DNA of 64,000 nt from Candidatus Sungiibacteriota bacterium (GTDB lineage Bacteria; Patescibacteriota; Minisyncoccia; Sungbacterales; JACQCQ01). How positions within the stretch are numbered: position 1 is the first letter of the stretch; the number at the start of each line of letters is the position of its first letter. Positions 38,435 to 48,332 of the stretch are shown piece by piece. The translations under genes were made by a program, and so were the position numbers. The stretch spans positions 5,285 through 69,284 of the forward strand of contig JACQCQ010000013.1 of NCBI GenBank assembly GCA_016201505.1. Direction: 5' to 3'. The notes below the pieces were generated by a model, which searched no databases, was not told the DNA's origin, and saw only the letters and a list, made by a program, of their open reading frames with translations.

Positions 38435-38478
38435 AAGACTTTATTCTCAAGTTCTTAAGAACTTGAGAATAAAGTCTT
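38435..38478. repeat. 44-bp perfect palindrome upstream of the HTH gene
   Basis: aagactttattctcaagttcttaagaacttgagaataaagtctt; near-copy at 38138-38169. Confidence 0.9.
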
Positions 38479-38593
38479 ACATAAAACCCCGAAGTAATGA
38501 ACGAGTAATGAACGAATGGACGGCGGTATTGATTTTCAGTCAAACCCGCTCTACCCCTCACCTTGCGCTAAGGCCGCGATTCTATCCTCCACC

Positions 38594-38815
38594 GGCGGGT
38601 GGGTCACACCCTTCCATTTGGAAAAAACAAGGTCGGGTGCGAGACGTGGTAGTTCCAGCTATTTTACTATCTGCCCTCAAGCGCTTTAATTCGGTCTTCT
38701 ACTGGCGGGTGGGTCACACCCTTCCATTTGGAAAAAACAAGGTCGGGTGCGAGACGTGGTAGTTCCAGCTATTTTACTATCTGCCCTCAAGCGCTTTAAT
38801 TCGGTCTTCTACTGG
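38594..38815. repeat. 110-bp tandem duplication covering the htpX 3' end
   Basis: 38594-38703 is repeated at 38704-38813. Confidence 0.92.
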
Positions 38816-39685
38816 TGGATGGGTCATAAACAATTTTACAATCCAGGCGGTTTTGCGCGGGACATGCGAATCGGCTTTGAATGGATTCTCAAAGAAAAGA
38901 TGGGCGGTGGCGTTTGTCGCAGTAGACAAGGGCCGCGGATCGGCGGAGATTTTTTTGAGCGCGGAGATCAGCCCCTCGGGGTATCGAGTCAATAAAGCGC
39001 CGGATGAGTCGGCTAAGAACTCGCGGCGGCGCGAAATGGCGAGTTGCAAAAGCATTGCAATAATCGGCGCCAGGACCGAAAGAATAATGCCAATCAAAAC
39101 CAACGCTCCTCCGCCCTCGCGTTCATCGCTCCGCCGGCTGGCGGACGCAAACCACATCGATCGCAAAAAGATATCGGAAACGATTGAGATAAAACCAACA
39201 AGCACTACTGCGACAGTTGAGACAAGCATGTCGCGGTTGCCTATATGCATCAGCTCATGCGCCAAAACACCCTCCATTTCTGACCTGTCCAGCCGTTCCA
39301 TGATGCCGGTGGTGATACATACGACGGCATGCTTGGGATTTCGACCCGTCGAGAAAGCATTCGGCGCTGGATCATTTATGATATAGAACTTCGGCATGGG
39401 CAGGCCAGCGGCAATGGTCAAGTTTTCTAAGATGCGATAGAGCTCGGGATTGGATTGCATGTTGACGGGTTTGGCGCGGTGCAAGGCCAGCACGATTTTA
39501 TCGGAGAACCAATAGCTGGTGATACTCATCAGAACCGAGAATATGACCGCAACATACAGAATCGAGGGGTTTTGATAAATTTGGGTGAAGATAAACCCGA
39601 TGCCGATGACGATACCGAAAAAAGCCGTCATTAAAAGCCAGGTGCGCCAGATATTTTTTGAGGTTTCGGTGTAGAGGGTCGCCAT
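38777..39685 (-). CDS. htpX: Zinc metalloprotease HtpX (M48)
   Basis: PNAF.TG, GVLAHELMH, SRRREFLAD, THPP.EDRI; ATG 39685 preferred. Confidence 0.95.
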   Translation of the reverse strand: MATLYTETSKNIWRTWLLMTAFFGIVIGIGFIFTQIYQNPSILYVAVIFSVLMSITSYWFSDKIVLALHRAKPVNMQSNPELYRILENLTIAAGLPMPKFYIINDPAPNAFSTGRNPKHAVVCITTGIMERLDRSEMEGVLAHELMHIGNRDMLVSTVAVVLVGFISIVSDIFLRSMWFASASRRSDEREGGGALVLIGIILSVLAPIIAMLLQLAISRRREFLADSSGALLTRYPEGLISALKKISADPRPLSTATNATAHLFFENPFKADSHVPRKTAWIVKLFMTHPPVEDRIKALEGR

Positions 39686-39760
39686 AGCGGTAAACGCGAG
39701 AACAGTATGAATCAAAATTCGCCTTTTTTCAAGCCGGCGCGGCCCGAGGATTGTGCGAGC

Positions 39761-40858
39761 TTATTCTACAGTCATCGGCAGTTGGATCAGATCCGTCACC
39801 GAGCCGGTTCTCGGCGTATACTGGAAGAGCCGCAGCTGAAGTCTTGTCGGAGCCGATGTCGGAATATGAATTTGCGTCTCAAAGGTGCCGAAGCGCTCAC
39901 CAGCACTAGCGGATACGGGAATATTTTTTGAAATAATTTTTGTGCCCTGGTCGGTTACCACGGCAAGCTGAATCGTGCCGTCATAGCTTGCCGCGGTCCC
40001 GCGCAAAATAAAATCCTCGTCCACCGGGACATGCAAAGGAATTTTCGGTGTCAGCAATAATATTCTGGCCGAGCCATTCCGCAGCATAAACGTCACAAGG
40101 ACATCATCGACCGCGCGGATGCAGTTAGTCAGATCTCCACCGGCCAAAGGATTTTTATACTGCGAGACGAAGTCAAATGATGCCCGTTCCAGTTCGCCTC
40201 TGGCGCCATACTTTTCTGCGGCGTCTTCCAGCGTCATCACCCGCAGGACATGCTTGCCATTTATGGTATAGCGGATATCCGCAAAAATATTTCCGCCGAT
40301 GCGGCGCTCGGTCGTGCTTTTGACCCAACTTTGATCAACCCGCGGCGGATTGCCCGAGACATCGAGCGTACACGCTCCTATATCACGCAATTGTAAAACT
40401 TGAGCACCATTCGGTGACCAACGGGCCGGATTATACTGTAGCGAAAAATAATTCCGGCCGATAGTATCTTGCGCTCCCGAAATATTGCCCTGGTCGGCAA
40501 ACGTGAGACTTACCGTAATCAGCGAAGGAATAACCACATTGTTTTTAACACTGCGAATGCCGGCCGCCGATATCGGCATGCCAACTTTAATATCCGAATA
40601 AAATAAGTCCTCGCCGAGTTCGTCGGTAATGGTGGAAGCGTCATTTAAAGATAAAAAAATCTCTGTCCCGTCTGGCTTATGCACTACGACTACCTTGCCC
40701 GAGGGCAAGGTAGTCGAGACCACGCCCCGGATGGTTTCTTGGTCATTTTGATTCTGGCTTTGGCCTATTTTTTGGCTAAAAAACTTATCAAAACCAAAAA
40801 CACCCCCGATAAAGATGAGGACCAGTACAGCTATAAAACCGAGCCTTTTCCCGCTCAT
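39761..40858 (-). CDS. Membrane-anchored surface protein with C-terminal Ig-like (Gmad2-like) domain
   Basis: N-terminal TM; GTA..YDGTI...G..I.......GERFGTFE. Confidence 0.6.
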   Translation of the reverse strand: MSGKRLGFIAVLVLIFIGGVFGFDKFFSQKIGQSQNQNDQETIRGVVSTTLPSGKVVVVHKPDGTEIFLSLNDASTITDELGEDLFYSDIKVGMPISAAGIRSVKNNVVIPSLITVSLTFADQGNISGAQDTIGRNYFSLQYNPARWSPNGAQVLQLRDIGACTLDVSGNPPRVDQSWVKSTTERRIGGNIFADIRYTINGKHVLRVMTLEDAAEKYGARGELERASFDFVSQYKNPLAGGDLTNCIRAVDDVLVTFMLRNGSARILLLTPKIPLHVPVDEDFILRGTAASYDGTIQLAVVTDQGTKIISKNIPVSASAGERFGTFETQIHIPTSAPTRLQLRLFQYTPRTGSVTDLIQLPMTVE

Positions 40859-40943
40859 TGCGCTTTATACTAATAGATATATATAAAAACAAAAGGGGTG
40901 AGCCAGATTACTCGTCATGAGAATCCGTCAAGCCATCCCCGGT

Positions 40944-41510
40944 TTATTTGGTAAAGGCGAATGAAGAGAGCATCAGGAAATATACGCGCTTATAATCCGC
41001 GACTGTTGGCTCTATGTAATCAATCGAGACTAAACGGCCAGCTTGGGCGAGCATCGTAAATATCGCATACGAATCTTTGCCGCCCGAAACATCTGCATTT
41101 AAATAACCTGCGATTTGGATACCCGCGAGGCCGCCAATTCGAACCGCAGTTTTTGAGGAGCTGGAGAAACTGGAACCAATCGCGTCGGTGGCTTCTTTAT
41201 AGGGTTCGGCTCCCGTCAAATCGACAGAAATAGGCGCCTGATCCGAGTTCTTCCCATCCGGCGGCAGGAACACATTGACCCCGTCTTGGGTCACGGCGTG
41301 GCTCCAATCGCCGGGGTAGCGAATTAAAAACTGATACTGGCTCGACGTATAGGTTTTCCAATCAGCCGGAATTTGCATCGTTTGATTTGATTCCGATGAC
41401 AAAGACTTCTGGCTGGCAATATCGACGGAAATTTGCGAGGCCGGTTGCAACAGGAAATACCCTCCGACCGCAATAATGGCTAAACACAAAACAGTAATTA
41501 TCCGTTTCAT
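40944..41510 (-). CDS. PsbP-like exported protein
   Basis: WKTYTS..YQF.IRYP.DW and C-terminal MLSSFAF. Confidence 0.65.
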   Translation of the reverse strand: MKRIITVLCLAIIAVGGYFLLQPASQISVDIASQKSLSSESNQTMQIPADWKTYTSSQYQFLIRYPGDWSHAVTQDGVNVFLPPDGKNSDQAPISVDLTGAEPYKEATDAIGSSFSSSSKTAVRIGGLAGIQIAGYLNADVSGGKDSYAIFTMLAQAGRLVSIDYIEPTVADYKRVYFLMLSSFAFTK

Positions 41511-41614
41511 CCCGTTAGAGAATTAATTTGTGTAACTTTTACCAGACTGCGAAGCATATTCTATATACTATTCTCTTTGTCTTTTTGAGATGCAGTTTAA
41601 TTCTCTAACGGGAT
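41509..41614. mobile_element. MITE-like element with ATCCCGTTAGA terminal inverted repeats
   Basis: atcccgttagagaattaa...ttaattctctaacgggat (18-bp IR). Confidence 0.65.
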
Positions 41615-42465
41615 CGGACAAACAGTGAATGCAATATTTCGATATTTTTCTTGTCCGGCCCCGTACCGTCAAACCCGGGAACTTCTAAAATCCAAGCGGC
41701 ATCCGCGAATAGCTTCTCGCGGGCCAAGACTTTAAAACCCTCGAGTCCGATATGGCCCTGGCCGATATTCTCATGCCGGTCGTGGCGCGAATTAAAAGCG
41801 GTTTTTGAATCATTGATATGCATGGCAACCAGCGCGTCCATGCCAAAGGCTTGATCGAGCCGTTTTGCCATTCCTTTGGTTCTTTTGGCATCATACTCCT
41901 CGATGATTCCCGACTCAAAGGCGTGCGCCGTATCCCAACAGACCTTAAGCCGACTGGATTTCACGCGAGATAAAATCTCGCCAATCTCCTCGGGATTTCC
42001 ACCGATCTTCTGTCCCCCGCCGGCAGAGTTTTCAATCACCAACTGTGCGAGACCGGGCACATGTAAAAGAATGCGCTGGATGGATTCGACGACAATGGCG
42101 AGGGCTTTGTCTTTGGGCATTTCTTTGCCGGACCCGATATGAAAAATTAATCCCTCCGCGCCGATGGCTGAAGCAATTTTTAAATGGTCGGCTAAGTTTA
42201 CTTCCGATTTTTGCCGACTCGATGAATCAGGTGAACACAAATTAACCAGATAGGCCGCGTGCAAATAGACCGGGCCGATACCGGCCGCCTCGCGGGCTTT
42301 TTTAAAATCTTCAATGTCACGCGCCTCGTGTCCACGGACTGCCCATTGCTTAGGCGAGGCGCCGAAAATCTGAATGCATTCGGCGCCAATCGATTGTGCC
42401 CGCTCTATCCCGTTTGATAATTTCCCCGCAACCGAGACATGTGCTCCTAGTTTTGGCCGTTTCAT
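41605..42465 (-). CDS. nfo: Endonuclease IV
   Basis: GAHVS, H.AYLVNL, FHIGS, IEN.AG, CWDTAHAF, HINDSK, DRHENIG.G.IG. Confidence 0.96.
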   Translation of the reverse strand: MKRPKLGAHVSVAGKLSNGIERAQSIGAECIQIFGASPKQWAVRGHEARDIEDFKKAREAAGIGPVYLHAAYLVNLCSPDSSSRQKSEVNLADHLKIASAIGAEGLIFHIGSGKEMPKDKALAIVVESIQRILLHVPGLAQLVIENSAGGGQKIGGNPEEIGEILSRVKSSRLKVCWDTAHAFESGIIEEYDAKRTKGMAKRLDQAFGMDALVAMHINDSKTAFNSRHDRHENIGQGHIGLEGFKVLAREKLFADAAWILEVPGFDGTGPDKKNIEILHSLFVRSR

Positions 42466-42506
42466 CCCTCGTAGCGTACCGCTTTGGGCCGAGAGCGGCT
42501 AGCGGC

Positions 42507-43049
42507 TTATAACTGCATCGCAATCAAAAAGAGTGTGACAACAAAAAGTGAACCCAGCCAGCCAAGCAGAATCATCCATGAAAGATGACGTTCGCGCGCC
42601 TCAACTTCGCGCATGTTGCGTCCGGCCAAAATAAAATAGGCATTATTTTTTGCCGAGGTAATGACGGAGGCAATCCGAACACCGCCTCTTGGCTCCCAGG
42701 TGATGCGATCTTCGCCGTAATTTTTTACATATTCAAATACCCCGTCGGGGGGTTTTGGCGTAGCGCCGTCTAAAATGGCTGACGCAGCAGCCACATTGCC
42801 GCCTGGGTTATAAATAATTAAAAACGGCTTAAGACTCTGCGAGACATCGACTACCGAGGCGGTATCGACAAGGCTCACGGGATCTGCTCCCGTCTCAATC
42901 GCCCGCGCGGCGTCTTCGGCCATTTGAATTTGCGGGTCATTCAAGGTCTGGCGATAGTTTTGCTGGACGGTAGCATAAATAGTAAGAAAAATACCAGAAA
43001 TAAGTGCAGCCAAAAGCCCCCAGCGGATTAAAAAGAGAATCAGTCTCAT
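42507..43049 (-). CDS. Hypothetical 2-TM membrane protein
   Basis: QQNYRQ..NDPQIQMAED; two TM helices flanking an extracytoplasmic domain. Confidence 0.65.
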   Translation of the reverse strand: MRLILFLIRWGLLAALISGIFLTIYATVQQNYRQTLNDPQIQMAEDAARAIETGADPVSLVDTASVVDVSQSLKPFLIIYNPGGNVAAASAILDGATPKPPDGVFEYVKNYGEDRITWEPRGGVRIASVITSAKNNAYFILAGRNMREVEARERHLSWMILLGWLGSLFVVTLFLIAMQL

Positions 43050-43087
43050 AGAATCTAGAACCAATAAGCTAAGACTTCAGTTGCTAG

Positions 43088-43714
43088 TTAAAGACCGCGC
43101 AGAAATATAGCCCGATCTTTTTTGAAAAGAGCGGCAGATATTTTATAGATCGAATAGGTAATGAAAAACGCGGATAACACGTCGATTGAATAATGCAGAT
43201 GGCCGAGCAAGACTACGACCCCGAAAACAAGAGAAAGCAGAATGAAGGTCCAGTGGAGCAAGGGCGTTTCCCAAAAAATTAAAGCCATTAAAAACGGCAG
43301 CCCGGTATGCCCCGAGAAAAAGAGATCACCCCCAAACGACACGCGGCTGATAAGACTGGAGGCGATTTCGGTGTGCGTGGGAAACGGGCCGATATGCGTC
43401 AAGGTTATGAAAATTGACCGAATCAGAATGAATAGGCTAATACTCTTTAGAGTAAAAGGAATTCTCTGCGGCCGGTGCAGACAAACAAGCCCGATAAAAA
43501 TCCAGAAAAGAAACGCGCCGTAAATAAAGACGCCATCGACATCGTAGACACGAATATTATCAAGCACGATATCCGTCACCGGGTTTGAGGCTTCTCTTGT
43601 CGCATATGTTCCGGCATAGAAGTTAATCACCAGCATCAAGAGCAACAGACAAAGCGAAAAAAACGCCGAAAGCAGAAAACTCTTGTCTCGTAAATAGGCT
43701 TGATAGCCTTTCAT
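43088..43714 (-). CDS. PAP2-superfamily / sphingomyelin-synthase-like membrane protein
   Basis: DLFFSGHT and HLHYSIDV motifs. Confidence 0.82.
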   Translation of the reverse strand: MKGYQAYLRDKSFLLSAFFSLCLLLLMLVINFYAGTYATREASNPVTDIVLDNIRVYDVDGVFIYGAFLFWIFIGLVCLHRPQRIPFTLKSISLFILIRSIFITLTHIGPFPTHTEIASSLISRVSFGGDLFFSGHTGLPFLMALIFWETPLLHWTFILLSLVFGVVVLLGHLHYSIDVLSAFFITYSIYKISAALFKKDRAIFLRGL

Positions 43715-43829
43715 GTCTGGTCTAATTCTAACACAGGATAGAGCGGCCGCAGCAGGAGAAGGAAAGGAAGAACCAACTCGTCACGACACTTTGAAGCCTA
43801 AGAATCAGAGGAGACAAAGCCGCAGATAT

Positions 43830-44579
43830 TTAGCGAATATCTTTATAGCTTTGCGTAAATGGCCGCCTCAAAAACATTGTCCATAGATAATTCAAGGCGT
43901 AGCGCGCACCCATTGTCAATACGCCTTCGTGAGCCAGACGCCTGCCGGATGAATAAATCGAGAATCGCATATTGAATTTTACTTTGCCGACTTTATGAAG
44001 TCTGCGCGCAAGATCCGTATCCTCTCCATAAAAATAAAAGCGCGGATCAAACCCGCCGATTTTTGTAAGTGCTTCTCGGCACACGATAAAATTTCCTCCT
44101 TGGATCATCGAGCCGACGCGAAAGACGAATCGATTTAAAAGATACAGGATGTACCCAAGCCAGTAAAAGAATCTAACGAAAATATTATGCCAGAGAGAAA
44201 GATCATGATAGATATACGGCCCCGAGAGTGCGACGAGCCTTCTGTCATGCTCAAATTCTTTTAGCGCCATTTCAATCCAGCCAGGCCGCAGAATGGTATC
44301 AGCATCGATATTGGCAATGAGTTCCCCTAAAGATGCAGTAAATCCAGCCTGTCGCGCTCGCGCAAGACCCTTCCCTGGCTCATCGACGACCCTAACGCCA
44401 TGAAATGACCGTGCGATTTCTCCTGTCCGATCACGGCTCGCATTATTTACGACAATGACTTCAACCTTGACATCCACACTCTGCAGTTCCACGAGAACTG
44501 ACCGCAAACACTCACTAATATAATGTTCTTCATTATAGGCTGGAATGACAAAGCTGATTTTGGGTGACATATTACTCAA
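43830..44579 (-). CDS. Glycosyltransferase family 2
   Basis: SFVIPAYNEE, IDAD, YGEDTDL, SSGRRL. Confidence 0.93.
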   Translation of the reverse strand: MSNMSPKISFVIPAYNEEHYISECLRSVLVELQSVDVKVEVIVVNNASRDRTGEIARSFHGVRVVDEPGKGLARARQAGFTASLGELIANIDADTILRPGWIEMALKEFEHDRRLVALSGPYIYHDLSLWHNIFVRFFYWLGYILYLLNRFVFRVGSMIQGGNFIVCREALTKIGGFDPRFYFYGEDTDLARRLHKVGKVKFNMRFSIYSSGRRLAHEGVLTMGARYALNYLWTMFLRRPFTQSYKDIR

Positions 44580-45249
44580 CCCGTAGGATACGCATCAAAA
44601 ATATCTGGCGCAGTACCCCAAGGGGCGATACTGTCTGAAAGATATTCCGCATCATGCGAATATCACCGCGAAGGCCGGACCATAACCCGTATTTTTTATA
44701 TTTATAGGGGCTGGCCACATTCGGCCAGGAAACAATTTTAATCCGAAAGGATTTTTCTACAATAATCGTATTTAAAAAAACTTCCAGTCCAAATCCCGGC
44801 AAGGCCGAAATTTCATTAAGGTGATCTGTCAACATCTGCCGCGGCAGAACTCTTTCGCCTGAAATGTAGTCAAGTCCAATCAGCCGCCAAAGAAAAGGAG
44901 TATTGCCGCGCAGACTGATGCTGACATCGGCGGAATTTGACAGAATTGGCTCTATCAAATCAGTTATATTCTTCTCGGTTAGATTGAGTAAATCGGCATC
45001 AAGAAACAAAATGCATTCGCCGGAAGATGCTCTAACCCCCGTACATACCGCCACATTTTTGCCGCGGTTTAGCGGATGAACGATCAGATGAACATTTGCA
45101 AACTTAGCGGCAACATCCTTCGTGTCGTCTTGAGATCCATCATCAACAACAATTGTCTCGCTAATGAGCGGATGTCTTGAGGCAATCTCAAGAACCGAAC
45201 CGATTCGCTTGTCTTCGTTATAGGCCGGGATGACGCAAGAAATTTTCAT
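44572..45249 (-). CDS. Glycosyltransferase family 2
   Basis: SCVIPAYNE, VVDDGSQD, LFLDAD. Confidence 0.93.
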   Translation of the reverse strand: MKISCVIPAYNEDKRIGSVLEIASRHPLISETIVVDDGSQDDTKDVAAKFANVHLIVHPLNRGKNVAVCTGVRASSGECILFLDADLLNLTEKNITDLIEPILSNSADVSISLRGNTPFLWRLIGLDYISGERVLPRQMLTDHLNEISALPGFGLEVFLNTIIVEKSFRIKIVSWPNVASPYKYKKYGLWSGLRGDIRMMRNIFQTVSPLGVLRQIFLMRILRVE

Positions 45250-45252
45250 AGC

Positions 45253-45858
45253 TCAATCATTATCACCTTTTCTCCACTTTGCAACGAGCCCTCGAATATA
45301 GCGGGTTAGACCAAAATACGCCCCTGCAAATAGCAGTACGGCAAACGCCATGAAGTAGTAAAACAGGTGAACGTATTGCGCGGCAAGCAGATATGAACTC
45401 CCGACATAATAGCCGATCCCCATAATAACGCCGTACTGAAAAATTGTGACAGGAACAGCATAGATGATAAATTTGCGAAACTGGACGCGGGCAAGCCCGG
45501 CGCTGATTAAAAACGGGATACTCAATCCATAGGCCAACTTACCAAAAATCATCATCTTTCGCGGATGATTTATCCAAAGTTTTTCAACAAATTCAAAATC
45601 AAGCGAAACTGCTTTGAGACTTGATCTGTATTTTTCAATTAATTTTCTTTGGTTCCCGAAGCGCCCCAAATAGTAATACACACTATCAGGAATAAGATCG
45701 CCTAAGATCATAATCCCAAACGCCGGGAGAACTTTGAAATATCCTAAAGACAGCAGAAATCCAACCGCCAAAGCGACAATGGGCCCTTCAAAAAAAGCCA
45801 ACGGAAAAAGCGCCAAATAACGATAGGTGATGAGAATATGCAGCAGGGTGTTAGGCAT
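45253..45858 (-). CDS. DedA/VTT family membrane protein
   Basis: EGP, GDLIPDSVYYYLGR, AG...V.FRKF. Confidence 0.9.
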   Translation of the reverse strand: MPNTLLHILITYRYLALFPLAFFEGPIVALAVGFLLSLGYFKVLPAFGIMILGDLIPDSVYYYLGRFGNQRKLIEKYRSSLKAVSLDFEFVEKLWINHPRKMMIFGKLAYGLSIPFLISAGLARVQFRKFIIYAVPVTIFQYGVIMGIGYYVGSSYLLAAQYVHLFYYFMAFAVLLFAGAYFGLTRYIRGLVAKWRKGDND

Positions 45859-45862
45859 ACTA

Positions 45863-47638
45863 TCAATCGATTGACTGACTTTCCAAAAATTTCATGATAG
45901 CGGCGCTTACTTCTTCGATGTTATTTAAGACAAGAATATGATTCGCCTTCTCAAGCAGTGCGATCTTTACTGCGGGAATAAGTTCTTTCGCCTTCAGAGA
46001 ATTCTCTGCGGGAATAATAGTATCTTTCCCTCCATGCATGAGCAAAACAGGTACTTTAATATTTGAGAGACAGTCCTGACAATCAAATTTATACATCTGC
46101 CCAAGGGAGTAGAAATAGACGTGAAAACCCGTGTTTGGGATATCTGCGGCCATTCGGTGGAGATCCCAATCCCCCGTGTTCCTGTATTGCTCATAATGTA
46201 CCTGATAACCGGGGCGGGTTCGAGCGGGCAGGAACTTCAGTAAAACACAAATTGCAGAAATAAATGGGTGAATCACCGCGGCCATCGGCACTCTTTTTAT
46301 GCCAAAAATTGGCGCAAGGAATATCGCCGAAGAAACTTTACTTTGATTCCGTGAAAGAAAATCTAGAGCAATGAGTGTATCGAGAGAATGACTGACCAAT
46401 ATAAATCGGCTGATGTTTAGATATTGAATCAGACCCTCGATATCTCTGACGAAATCCTTTATTTCGTAGTCGTTATAGTTTGGGCGCTTAACAGACTTAC
46501 CATGTCCGCGCAAATCAAAAACGAGCGTATTATATTTATTCTGAAATATTTTTTCGTAGGGAAGCCAGGCTGATGAACTACCGGAAAGTCCATGAACGAA
46601 GATGAGTGTAGGATGCTCGAGCCTAAATTGATTCGTTCGAAAATAAATGCCCCTTCCGGAAATAGACTCCATGCTATCCTTGCGTCTCTGCCCGCCGCTC
46701 GCGTTCTTTTTCTTTTTTTTTTCTAAATCAGCCAGTGATTGATCCAACAGCCTGGCAAACGCTTTCGGATTTTTAAACATCTGATTATGTGTCCCGGCAA
46801 CTGCTAAGGCGCCATCTATTTTCAACGGCCGGCCGGCTTCTCTATCTTCTTTTGATCGAATCGTCTTTGACATGCGGGTAGCCGGAAAGGTTTTATCTTC
46901 AGCGCCGTAAATAACTGTGATGCCGATTCCGTTGTCATGCAGACTTTCGAGCATCGAAACGACGTCCGTGGCGCTAATAGCGCCTATTTCTTTTGCCGAT
47001 CGGATCGGACTTCCGCTAACAGTCAGAATGGCATTTAGTGGGGATGGCTCTTTTGATTTGGCCGTGCCCTCGATTTTAGCGTAGGCTGCTTTTTTCTCTT
47101 TTGACATACCAGTATTCAGCACATGATGAATCATATCTGCACCAAATCGGGCCACAAGAGATAAAGGGTTGTCTTTACCAATCATGCCTGCCGGATTTAC
47201 AAAGACAATATTTCTAAATTTTTCCGGATGCAAACTTGCGGCTATGGCTGTAAAAACTGCCCCCTCGGAATGCGCCACCACATCAACCTTCTCAATTTCC
47301 TTGGTCTCCAGTGTCTGCATCAATCCGGTCATTTTTCTTAGTTCAGCCATGTTATAGTCGAGACCCTCCTCATTCGTCTCGAGGCCGTGCGGCGTATCAG
47401 AAGCAATCACGTGCCTGCCTTCTTCTGCCAGACCAATCAGATTTTCACGAAGCGCCGTTGGAGTTTCTGACCAACCCATGGCAAAATACGTCGGAACTTG
47501 GCTTTTAGGCTGTTCCGGCTTTAAATCATAGATTTTGACCTGACTGCCGGACCCCTCGAGGTCGTAAACCTCCGGATGCAGAAACTGATCCTCAAATGAC
47601 TCTCGCTTGCTTCTGCCGGCTTCCTGAAATTTTTCCAT
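45863..47638 (-). CDS. Tandem alpha/beta hydrolase (two domains in one ORF)
   Basis: Domain 1 VAHSEGA...D...H; Lys-rich linker; domain 2 FVHGL, DLRGHG.S, SHSLDT, G.KD, H. Confidence 0.8.
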   Translation of the reverse strand: MEKFQEAGRSKRESFEDQFLHPEVYDLEGSGSQVKIYDLKPEQPKSQVPTYFAMGWSETPTALRENLIGLAEEGRHVIASDTPHGLETNEEGLDYNMAELRKMTGLMQTLETKEIEKVDVVAHSEGAVFTAIAASLHPEKFRNIVFVNPAGMIGKDNPLSLVARFGADMIHHVLNTGMSKEKKAAYAKIEGTAKSKEPSPLNAILTVSGSPIRSAKEIGAISATDVVSMLESLHDNGIGITVIYGAEDKTFPATRMSKTIRSKEDREAGRPLKIDGALAVAGTHNQMFKNPKAFARLLDQSLADLEKKKKKNASGGQRRKDSMESISGRGIYFRTNQFRLEHPTLIFVHGLSGSSSAWLPYEKIFQNKYNTLVFDLRGHGKSVKRPNYNDYEIKDFVRDIEGLIQYLNISRFILVSHSLDTLIALDFLSRNQSKVSSAIFLAPIFGIKRVPMAAVIHPFISAICVLLKFLPARTRPGYQVHYEQYRNTGDWDLHRMAADIPNTGFHVYFYSLGQMYKFDCQDCLSNIKVPVLLMHGGKDTIIPAENSLKAKELIPAVKIALLEKANHILVLNNIEEVSAAIMKFLESQSID

Positions 47639-47660
47639 GGTGATACGCCTTTAGTCTACA

Positions 47661-48317
47661 TCATTTTTTGGTTACCAAGAAATATTCTTTTTTGGGGAAT
47701 CGCTCGACAAACTTTAGCATATATTTGACGTCGCCGATTTGGGACTGGTGCGCCATCATGGCGCGGACTTTTTGATCCCAAACAGAAGAGACATCAACTA
47801 CCAAACCAATATCTTTCTTTTGATACCCCGGCGGGACGTAAATAAAGTAATCTTGCCGGGCCCGATCGCGCTCCGACGGCCGGCATAACTGCAAAATAGT
47901 TTTAATAAACGGCAGACGATGAAACAGATACAGCGAAACCATGGCGATCGTCATGTGATCAATGTGGCCCGAGATGCCGCGCGGCTCGTAGGTCAAAATC
48001 GTCTCCGGTTTTAGTTTTCGCAGTATGACCTCGGTTGTTTGCGCGATTTGGTGGTATAGATTATTGGAGAGGTCGCCGTCTCTAAACCCGAGAAAGAAAA
48101 CTTTTTTAATGCCCAAAATCTTTGCCGCGCGAAGCAGTTCTTGTTCACGGATTTTAGGCAAGTTTTTTGAGGCCTTCCTCCCCTTTTCCAATCCGACCTC
48201 GCCTTTGGTGGCGCAAATTAAATAGACCTCGCTGGTTTTAGCGAGTTTTGCGATCGTGCCTCCCGGCCCGAAGGCCTCATCATCGGGATGCGCGAATATC
48301 GCGACAATGCGTTTCAT
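47661..48317 (-). CDS. PIG-L/LmbE family N-deacetylase
   Basis: AHPDDE, GHIDH, AHQSQ. Confidence 0.93.
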   Translation of the reverse strand: MKRIVAIFAHPDDEAFGPGGTIAKLAKTSEVYLICATKGEVGLEKGRKASKNLPKIREQELLRAAKILGIKKVFFLGFRDGDLSNNLYHQIAQTTEVILRKLKPETILTYEPRGISGHIDHMTIAMVSLYLFHRLPFIKTILQLCRPSERDRARQDYFIYVPPGYQKKDIGLVVDVSSVWDQKVRAMMAHQSQIGDVKYMLKFVERFPKKEYFLVTKK

Positions 48318-48332
48318 ACATGTCTATTTGGT

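Noticed and set aside
38594-38815. CRISPR array
   Set aside because: The units are identical 110-bp duplicates with no unique spacers and no cas genes; no CRISPR array was seen anywhere in the window.
38551-38827. htpX 3' repeats as a DGR template/variable pair, given the Avd-like four-helix gene at 51509
   Set aside because: Differences are mostly synonymous and include non-adenine positions, and there is no reverse transcriptase in the window.
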